Part shown: in pieces, positions 12,625-22,081 of the stretch | Position numbering within the stretch: position 1 is the stretch's first letter | Layout of the letters: every line of letters begins with the position of its first letter | Origin: Macrostomum lignano | Lineage: Eukaryota | NCBI GenBank assembly: GCA_002269645.1 | Contig: NIVC01001504.1 | Coordinates: 1 to 64,000, forward strand | Direction: 5' to 3' | Length of the DNA stretch: 64,000 nt | Notes under the pieces: model-generated | Databases searched by the model: none | Told to the model about the DNA's origin: nothing | What the model saw: only the letters and a program-made list of their open reading frames with translations | Program-made: the position numbers and the translations under genes

Positions 12625-13120
12625 GGCCGAGTCGGTCAGCTGCAGTTGCTGAGTCGGTCAGCTGCAGTTGCTGAGTCAGTCAGCTGCAGTTGCTGAGTCG
12701 GTCAGCTGCAGTTGCTGAGTCGGTCAGCTGCAGTTGCTGAGTCAGTCAGCTGCAGTTGCTGAGTCAGTCAGCTGCTGTTGCTGAGTCGGTCAGTTGCATG
12801 CAGTTGCTGAGTCAGTCAGCTGCAGTTGCTGAGTCAGTCAGCTGCTGTTGCTGAGTCGGTCAATTGCATGCAGTTGCTGAGTCAGTCAGCTGCAGTTGCT
12901 GAGTCAGTCAGCTGCAGTTGCTGAGTCAGTCAGCTGCAGTTGCTGAGTCAGTCAGCTGCAGTTGCTCAGTCAGTCAGCTGCAGTTGCTGAGTCAGTCAGC
13001 TGCTGTTGCTGAGTCGGTCAGTTGCATGCAGTTGCTGAGTCAGTCAGCTGCAGTTGCTGAGTGGGTCAGTTGCATGCAGTTGCTGAGTCGGTCAGCTGCA
13101 GTTGCTGTGTCGGTCAGCTG
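12625..13120. repeat. Minisatellite, 22/26-bp unit GCTGAGTCAGTCAGCTGCAGTT, contiguous with the kinase stop codon
   Basis: Tandem copies; the last unit overlaps the TGA at 13114-13116 (minus strand). Confidence 0.9.
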
Positions 13121-14759
13121 CAGGTGCTGTCGCTGTTAGACCGCAGCTCGGTGCCGGTCTCGGACAGCTGGGAGTCGCCCAGGCGGCTGGATGAGCAGCG
13201 GCTGGACGAGCCGGACTGGGAGGCGGCGCGCCGCGCCTCGGAGCTGCTGGAGGCCGAGCGCTGAGAGGCGGCCGTGGGGGCCGTCACCGCAGACGCTGCG
13301 GTCAGCCAGGCGCAGCGGCGGGCCTCAGCAGCGGCCGGTCGATCGGCGGGGTCTGGGCGGAGGCAGGCGGCCAGGAACTGCCGCGCCGGTTCGGACAGCG
13401 ACTGCGGCAACAACGGCGGCTGGCCGGGCCGGACAGGGGCGGATTTGCGGCCAGTCAGCATGGCAACGGTTACCATGCCAACGGCCCAGATGTCGGCCGG
13501 CTGGCCGCAGGGCCGCCCATCGACGCCTTCAGGAGTTTCGCTGGCGCTGCTGCCGGGGGGCGCCAGGGCCTCTGCGAATCGGAGGGCGGGTGTGGATGGG
13601 TTAGGCAGCTGTGGCAGTGGAATAAGGGGCAGACTGGTCATAGAATAGTCTTCCTGAACTAGAGTGGTCATAGCTTAGAATTGATCATAACTTGGAGTGG
13701 TCATATCCTAAAGTGGTCAAAAGCATAGTGTTGATAAGAATAGTGGTCATAAAACAGGGTGGTAGGAGAAAAGAGTAGTCATAGACTACTAGATTGGTCA
13801 TAGACTACTGGATTGGTCATAGACTACTGGGTTGGTCATAGACTACTGGATTGGTCATAGACTACTGGGTTGGTCATAGACTACTGGGTTGGTCATAGAC
13901 TACTGGAATGGTCATAGACTAATAGATTGGCCATAGAATAGATTGGTCATAGATAACTAGATTTGACAGGCTAGAGAGTTGCCCTGGACTAGATTGATCA
14001 TATACCAGATTGGCCATAGACTAGATTGGTCATCTCACCGCTATCAGGGGAGTCGGGCAGCAAAGCGCAGGCGAAGTCAATGATGAGGAGGCGGGAGTCT
14101 GGGCCCACATGGTAGAAAAGCAGGTTCTCTGTTCGGATGTTGCGGTGCGCGCAGCCGAAGCTGTGCAGGTGGGCGAGGCCGTCCAGCAGCTGGGCGGAGT
14201 AGACGGCGGCCTGGAGCTCCGGCAGGCGGCCGCGCTCGTTCAGCCGCTGCGACAGGCGGTCGCCGGTGGCCAGCTCGAGCACCAGGCACAGGAAGCGGGG
14301 AGTCTCGATGTGCGTCACGCAGCGGACGATGTTGGGATGCCGCGCCCGCCGGATGGCCGACAGCTCCGTGCGGAAGCGGCTGGCGCGGGCCGCCGGCACG
14401 AGCTTCAGCGCGAAGGGCTCGTGGGTGTCCCTGTGGACGGCCTTGAGCACCAGCGAGTTGGAGTGCTCAGTGCGGTGCAGGATGCTGCTCACATTGTACT
14501 TGACCCGGATTGCGCTGTCAATTTGAACTCGCCGAGTCCGGCCGGGATGAAGCTGCTGGTCAGCCTCCGGCTCCGGCTGCTGATTTGCCAGCGACTGCTT
14601 CTGCTGCTTCTCCGGCTTCTGCAGCTGCAGCGGCTGCTGGCTTTTCGGCTTCTTTGGCAAGTCTTCTTCATCGCTGTCCACCGCGTAGCCGTAGCGTTCC
14701 CGGTCCAGCTGGCGGCTCTTCCGCCTGGCCTGCCCGCTGCTGGACTGCGCGCAGCCCAT
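13114..14759 (-). CDS. PSKH (protein serine kinase H)-like CAMK-group protein, probable pseudokinase, 2 exons
   Basis: Start MGCAQS at 14759. Kinase fold: FALK, RTE, HPNIV, LELATG, HRNIRTENLLFYHVGPDSRLLIIDFA (PSKH1 has [26 protein letters not shown]), DIWAVG, LRPDPADRP. Exons 14039-14759 and 13114-13571 join in phase 1 (AGC G|AG GCC). Confidence 0.85.
13760..14032. repeat. Intronic minisatellite, 18-bp unit GATTGGTCATAGACTACT
   Basis: Starts about 6 nt after the kinase donor GTGAG. Confidence 0.85.
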
Positions 14760-14827
14760 CGAGCTAGCGGGAGGCGGCGCTTGGCGACTGGGGAGGCTGC
14801 GGGCCGGAGAGAGAAGCTTGCGTGACC

Positions 14828-14938
14828 ACCTGTCTGCCTGCCTGCCTGCCTGTCTGTCTGCCTGCCTGCCTGCCTGCCTGTCTGTCTGTCTGCCTGCCTG
14901 CCTGTCTGTCTGTCTGTCTGTCTGTCTGCCTGTCTGTC
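14828..14938. repeat. (CTGT/CTGC)n microsatellite
   Basis: Read directly; just upstream of the kinase 5' acceptor at 14797-14798. Confidence 0.85.
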
Positions 14939-15619
14939 CCTCCTTCACTTTTCCATAGCCCACACCACCATTCAAGTCTGCAGGCCAGCTCTGTCCAGTT
15001 ATTTATCAGGCTGCACAAGCAACAAACTGGAAATGCAGACGCAAGTTTGCCTACTGAACTTCCTGCCCCCCCCTCTTTCCTGCCGGGTGCGCTGCAGATA
15101 CAAACTGCCAAAACTGCATCTGAACTCAGGTGCATTGCGCGGCACTTCCTATGACTCCTAGTGACAGAACAAGCTACCGGCACTACTCAAACTGATAGAA
15201 ATCGATCACAACAAAGGAAATAACGCCAGCAGTCAGAGATAGCGTTCAAAGCAATATATTTCCATGAAACCGAACAGCAAACCAAACAATAGATCATTTC
15301 GGAAAACTCATGGCTGTCACCAGGGATAAAACAAAAAATGGATAAATGACAAGCATGGAAAATCAAGTAAGACGAGTAAAAAACACAAAAAATCCACGGC
15401 ACTAAAAGCACTGAGCACCTGCGATGCAAGAATTCCGGTCAGAAAGCGGCCTGCTAAATAATGAATCAATCATCCATAAGTGATGGAATTTGGGGAAAGT
15501 CGGATCAGGAAATCAAATACAAATGATTTATTATTGCATTATTGACAGAATAACCAACATACAGATATGCGACTACAGCAAGCTTTAACTAGGAGCAGAA
15601 ATTCACCGATTTATCCGGC

Positions 15620-16055
15620 TTTCAAGCAGTTGCTATGCGCTCTTTATGTTAGTGTGGTTTTTAAGCAGTTGCTATGCGGTTTTTGTTTGTGTGGTTTCTA
15701 GGCAGTTGGTATGCGGTTTTTTGTTTGTGGTTTCTAGGCAGTTGCTATGCGGTTTTTATGATAGTGTGGTTTCTAAGCATTTGCTATGCGGTTTTTATGT
15801 TAGTGTGGTTTCTAAGCAGTTGCTATGCGGTTTTTGTTTGTGTGGTTTCTAGGCAGTTGGTATGCGGTTTTTTGTTTGTGGTTTCTAGGCAGTTGCTATG
15901 CGGTTTTTATGATAGTGTGGTTTCTAAGCAGTTGCTATGCGGTTTTTATGATAGTGTGGTTTCTAAGCAGTTGCTATGCGGTTTTTATGTTAGTGTGGTT
16001 TCCAAGCAGTTGCTATGCGGTTTTTATGTTAGTGTGGTTTCTAAGCAGTTGCTAG
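15620..16055. repeat. Minisatellite, ~39-bp unit GTTGCTATGCGGTTTTTATGTTAGTGTGGTTTCTAAGCA
   Basis: Begins about 10 nt downstream of the ACY1 stop codon. Confidence 0.9.
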
Positions 16056-16063
16056 CCGGGCTC

Positions 16064-19000
16064 TCAGGCAGCGGGGCAGTCGGCAACGTCGGGAATGATG
16101 GCGGTGTACAGCTCCACGCCGCGCAGGAAGACCTCCCGGTTGAGGAACTCGTTGTGGTCGTGCAGCAGGACGGGGGTTCGATTCATCGGGGAGAAGCCGA
16201 TGGCGCTGATGCCCAGGGAGCGCAGGTAGCGGCTGTCGGTGGCGGCTGGGAAGATCTCGGGCTCGATGGTCATGCCGAGCCGCTGGCAGGAGCCGGCAAA
16301 GGCCGACCACCACGGGTTCCGCTCCGACGTGTCCGTCGGCTTGCCGGCGTCGAACTTCTGCATGAACTCCAGCGACACGCCCGGCCCGGCCTCCTCGCAC
16401 CAGCGGCGCAGCTCCGCCTCGAAGTGGACGAGATTGACGTCGGGAGCGATGCGGCAGTCCACGTCAAGACAGAGCTTCTCCGGCAGCACGTTGGTCTGCA
16501 CCCCGCCGTTCATCTGCGTCAGGTTCAGTGTGGTCACCTCGCCAAGGCGGATGCCGCGGCCGCGCTCCAGGCGCTCCACCTGGAGAGAACGCGATGCGAT
16601 TTGGTACTGCTCAAATGGCACTCAGTGAGCTACTCAAATGGCATTCAGTGAGCTACTCAAAGTGGCACTCAATAATGCTCAAAGTGGCACTCAATAATGC
16701 TCAAAGTGGCACTCAATAATGCTCAAAGTGGCACTCAATAATGCTCAATGTGGCACTCAATAATGCTCAAATTGGCACTCAATAATGCTCAAAGTGGCAC
16801 TCAATAATGCTCAAATTGGCACTCAATAATGCTCAAAGTGGCACTCAACAATGCTCAGTGGCTGTCGCACCTGACTGTCCCTGAAGCGGTAGAGCCGCTG
16901 GATCAGCTTGGCCGCCTTCTCCCCTGCCGTGTCCTCCATCAGCCGGGAGCCGTGCCCGGGCTGGCCGCGGATCTCGAAGCGAAGCCACCAGACGGAGCGC
17001 TCGCCATAGTAAACTGTGAAGGCCTCGGTGGGGTTGGCCAGGCCTTCGTCCATGGCGCAGCCGACGTTCAGGCTGCGGAACTTGTCGGACTGGCAGAACT
17101 TGCCCATGCCCAGCTTGCCGGTCACCTGGCGGGCAAGGCAAATGCAGGTGGGCTGGCGTGACTGGCGTGACACACGGAGTGACACTTGGAGATCGGGGCT
17201 TAATAACTGGTGTGACACACGGAGTGACACTTGGAGATCGGAGCTTAATAACTGGTGTGACACACAGAGTGACACTGGAGATGGGAGATTAATAACTGGT
17301 GTGACACACAGTGACACGGGAGATGGGAGCTTAATAACTGGTGTGACACACAGAGTGACACGGGAGATGGGAGCTTAATAACTGGTGTGACACACGGAGT
17401 GACACTTGGAGATCGGAGCTTAATAACTGGTGTGACACACGGAGTGTCACCTGGAGATCGGAGCTTAATAACTGGTGTGACACACGGAGTGACACTTGGA
17501 GATGGGGGCTTAATAACTGGTGTGACACATGGAGATGGGAGATTAATAACTGGTGTGACACATGGAGATGGGAGATTAATAACTGGTGTGACACACGGAG
17601 TGACACTTGGAGATGGGAGCTAAATAACTGGTGTGACACACGGAGTGTCACCTGGAGATCGGAGCTTAATAACTGGTGTGACACACGGAGTGTCACCTGG
17701 AGATTGGAGCTTAATAACTGGTGTGACACACGGAGTGTCACCTGGAGATCGGAGCTAAATAACTGGTGTGACACACGGAGTGTCACCTGGAGATCGGAGC
17801 TTAATAACTGGTGTGACACACGGAGTGACACTTGGAGATCGGAGCTTAATAACTGGTGTGACACACAGAGTGACACTGGAGATGGGAGATTAATAACTGG
17901 TGTGACACACAGTGACACGGGAGATGGGAGCTTAATAACTGGTGTGACACACAGAGTGACACGGGAGATGGGAGCTTAATAACTGGTGTGACACACGGAG
18001 TGACACTTGGAGATCGGAGCTTAATAACTGGTGTGACACACGGGAGTGTCACCTGGAGATCGGAGCTTAATAACTGGTGTGACACACGGAGTGACACTTG
18101 GAGATGGGGGCTTAATAACTGGTGTGACACATGGAGATGGGAGATTAATAACTGGTGTGACACATGGAGATGGGAGATTAATAACTGGTGTGACACACGG
18201 AGTGTCACCTGGAGATTGGAGCTTAATAACTAGTGTGACACACGGAGTGTCACCTGGAGATCGGAGCTAAATAACTGGTGTGACACACGGAGTGTCACCT
18301 GGAGATCGGAGCTTAATAACTGGTGTGACACACGGAGTGACACTTGGAGATCGGAGCTTAATAACTGGTGTGACACACGGAGTGTCACCTGGAGATCGGA
18401 GCTTAATAACTGGTGTGGCACACGGAGTGACACGTTAGATGCGAGCTTAATAACTACTGACACACGGAGTGATACTAAGAGATTGGAGCTTTATAACTTG
18501 TGTGACACACTGAGTGACACTTAGTCAGCCAGAATTCACAAAGCTGCCCCAATGCGAAGCCAGCATTCGACACCGAATCAGAGTTTCAGCCCCCCAGCTG
18601 CATGTCAGGCCAGTGCCGCAATAAACCAAGTTGATCTGCGCAGAAAACTGAAAGCAGAGCGGCCCGAGCTGAAGAGTGCAAAGCTGCCGACGCCGACAAA
18701 GTGCAGTGCAGTCCTGTGCCCACCCAGTGACTTTCAAGCTAACCGAGATTGAAACACTGAGACACAAAATGCCAACAGAAGACCCCATCAACCCACCTCT
18801 TCATCGGGCATGAAGCTGAGGTAGATATTTCTCTTAGGCTGGTAGTTGGCAGCCTTGAGCTTGCGCAGCGCCTCCAGGTACTGCACGGCCACGCACTTCA
18901 TGTCCTGGGCGCCACGGGCGTAGATGTTGCCCTGCTCGTCCATGTCAGCTGAGAACGGGTCGCAGCGCCAGTGCTTGGGGAACACCGGCACAACATCCAT

Positions 19001-19246
19001 GTGGCTGTTGAGCAGCAGGGAGGTCCGGTTCGGCTCGCTGCCAGGCCAGCGCATGATGAGTACGGGCTGGCCGGGGTGGCACTCGATGCACTCGGAGTCC
19101 AGACCGAGCTCGGCCGCCTGGCCCCGCAGCCAGGCCACTGCGGAGACGCAGTCCGGCCGCGGGTGCATCGTGTTGATGCGCAGGTAGGCCCGGAAATTCT
19201 CCACGGCCTGCTGCCGCTCCGGCTCGCTAAGCACCAGCGGGGACGC
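16064..19246 (-). CDS. ACY1: Aminoacylase-1 (M20A family), 3 visible exons, no genomic ATG at the 5' end
   Basis: Motifs LLLNSHMDVVP, YARGAQDMK, PDEE, DEGLANPT, GQPGHGSR, PAATDSRY and SPMNRTPVLLHDHNE. Exons 18797-19246, 16871-17125 and 16064-16579 join in phase 0 with GT-AG junctions and no frame breaks. Confidence 0.95.
16605..16857. repeat. Intronic minisatellite, 22-bp unit CTCAAAGTGGCACTCAATAATG
   Basis: Fills ACY1 intron 16580-16870 almost end to end. Confidence 0.9.
17165..18525. repeat. Intronic minisatellite, ~45-bp unit GTGACACACGGAGTGACACTTGGAGATCGGAGCTTAATAACTGGT
   Basis: Fills ACY1 intron 17126-18796; has a 601-bp higher-order duplication. Confidence 0.93.
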
Positions 19247-19304
19247 CTGTGGGAGTTCAGCATCTGGCCAATCTTCAATAATCTCAGTGCGCGGCAGCTT
19301 CCTT

Positions 19305-19490
19305 TCATAGCCTCATCACATTCCAGCCTCCTGGCATAGCCTCATCACATTCCAGCCTCCTGGCATAGCCTCATCACATTCTAGCCTCCTGGCATAGCCT
19401 CATCACATTCTAGCCTCCTGGCATAGCCTCATCACATTCTAGCCTCCTGGCATAGCCTCATCACATTCTAGCCTCCTGGTATAGCCTCAA
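19305..19490. repeat. Minisatellite, 29-bp unit GCCTCCTGGCATAGCCTCATCACATTCTA
   Basis: About 6 copies starting ~60 nt upstream of the ACY1 5' acceptor. Confidence 0.88.
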
Positions 19491-20992
19491 TATTTGTCTC
19501 CTATCATAACATCATCACATTTGTCTTTTTTAGTCTCATAACATTAGTCTTATACTCTAGAATAACCCATGGACAGCAAAATAAAATTTAATGACCAACC
19601 AGCAACAAGTTATCTTAAAATTGATTAACCAAAAAGGCAACCACTAGGCTACTTTGAAATTTCCTGCCCTAACTGGCAAAATATTAATTAAAAAATTAGA
19701 TTCACTATAACACCAAAATCAATTTAATATATTAAAAAAGAAATAATTTAATACATTAAACTAAATATTCTTATACTTCAAATATCTGTAAAATATACAA
19801 ATATACAATGCTAATAGACACTTAACTTTGCATTGCTTTTAGTTCACCTAAAAATAGGTGCTAGCATTAGCTGGGATAATTGTAGATATGTGTGACAACC
19901 CCTAATCCTTAGATAGAATAGCTTATATAGCTTTTAGATGTGCTATGCAATACTTGTAGATGCAGCTAAGCTATTGGTTGCATATCTGGCCCAATTAGGG
20001 CAGGTGTAATCAATTATTACTATTATTATATTAATAAGTTACATATATTATAATATATAAAAAAGACTATTATTGTACAATGCTATAAAAATTGTCATAT
20101 AAAAACCTTTATATAAAACTTCAAAATAGCAAATTGAGTTACTTGGTATATGTCTTCTGAGCTTTTTTCTTTCACTTTTCCTTTATCCTACTCTGTTTTC
20201 TTAGGCTTTTTTATCTTTTATCCTTTTTTTCAATTTATTTATTTATTTTTTTATGCTTTTTTCTTAGTATTTCTTTTACTTCTTTTTTTCTATTATTTTA
20301 TTATTTTCTATTCTTTAAAATTTCCTTTGATTTTTCAAAAAACATTTCATATATTTAATTTTAAATATTCTATTGCATTTTACTAATTTTGCATATTAGG
20401 CTTTTCACAAAGATCAGTTCTAGAACTAGGATTGTTAGGAAAATGAAGTGTCATTTTTTTCTATTTCTATTTAATCATATTATTTCTCAAAAGATAAATA
20501 TATTATTATCTAAAATGTGGCCTATACTTTTGAGTTTTAAATATTCATTTCAAATTCATCCTATTGTTTCCATAGAAATACAACAATAAATTAAGAAAAT
20601 TTCTTAAACCAAATTCTAGAATTGAATCATGGTTCTAGAACCAATTTTGAAAATGAAACAGACAATATAAAAAGCATTGAACTGATTCTGGTTTTGGAAT
20701 TGGTAATATGAAAAGCCTATGATCATCTTGCCTAAATACTTTTTATTAGACCCTAACATTTTCCCTATTATGCCCAATAATACCCAATGGCCATTTCTAC
20801 AGATAGCATTTAGTGCAGATTGGCCCTATCAATGCAAGAATAATCTGGCAGACTGATACAATATAGCATGAGAAAGGGAGGTATCTGGCATAGTTAAGTT
20901 TAGACCTTGATTGCAATAGGGATATTTTTATATAACTTTTTTTAATCTTACATTTACGAACATAAATTATAAATATTTATATAATTGTATAG

Positions 20993-21684
20993 TAGGGGTC
21001 CCAAATCCTAGACATTTTACAATCCCGGGATCCTAGGCCAATCCCAGGATTGAACAAACAAATTTATGAGAAGCTTTCCCATTGTCTACAAAACAATTTC
21101 TCAACCAATTTGAGTATCATTTGGGTTTCTACTTTCTATTTTCCAGCTTATACGAGTAGAACTATATTGATAAAATAGTTGAAGTTAGATGTAGTTGTTA
21201 GTTGTATATACATACTAAACTACACCCTCTCCCCTTAGATTAGGACTATATACACTGTGCTGGTGCCTCTCTCTGCCCCCAACACAGACTATCTCACACA
21301 CACATAGACTCAGACTCAGAACCCAGTCTGCACCCCACTCCCATTTTTCCCTTTCCCTTCTTTAGCTGCGCCTGCGTACTATGGCAGGCTCAGGCCAGTG
21401 GGCCCAGTGTCTAGGCTATCACCACTTAGACAGTTAGAGTCTAGACTAGAGTCAGACCCCTTAGTCTAGTGACTAGTAGGCCTAGTGCTTGATACAGTTG
21501 ATTAATAGTCCTACTGTCCTTCATTCTATAACTTCATTCTTAAGTTGCAAAAATTCTCTCAAAACTGCTAAGTGCTAACTGCAAGACAAAAAATATTCAC
21601 TTCTGCAAATGTAAATTCCAATCCCATGTTAACCAGGATCCCAAACACTAACAAAAAGCCGGGATCCCAAGATTGGGACCCTTA
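20993..21684. mobile_element. Non-autonomous hAT-like MITE (692 bp)
   Basis: Termini TAGGGGTCCCAA...TTGGGACCCTTA with subterminal GGGATCCC motifs; exact 8-bp TSD TTGTATAG at 20985-20992 and 21685-21692. An 8-bp TSD is typical of hAT elements. Confidence 0.8.
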
Positions 21685-22081
21685 TTGTATAGATATTAAT
21701 ATTAATATTTGTAATTTAAATTCAAGCTTATTATAAATATAACTTTTATAAGTTTCATAGTTTTTAAAAGGCCTTTATATGAAAAGATAACAGTTGATTA
21801 TCATCCTAATGAAAGTTTGATAAATAGGCCTATACTTAATAATTTTTTTATTCATCTGCAAAAAAACTACTTCTGACTAAAATTTGCTAGCAATGTCGTA
21901 GTTTTTACATTAAATCATTTTTATCCTTTTTTCTTTAACCATTTTCAACCACATGTTTATCAATCATTGCATAATTGCATACATACTTTTAACTTGATAA
22001 AATAAAAAAACATTTAATTTCATGTAATTTCAGTCATAGCCTTGCCTAAAGGCAATGCCAATGCCAATACAATACGTCAAT

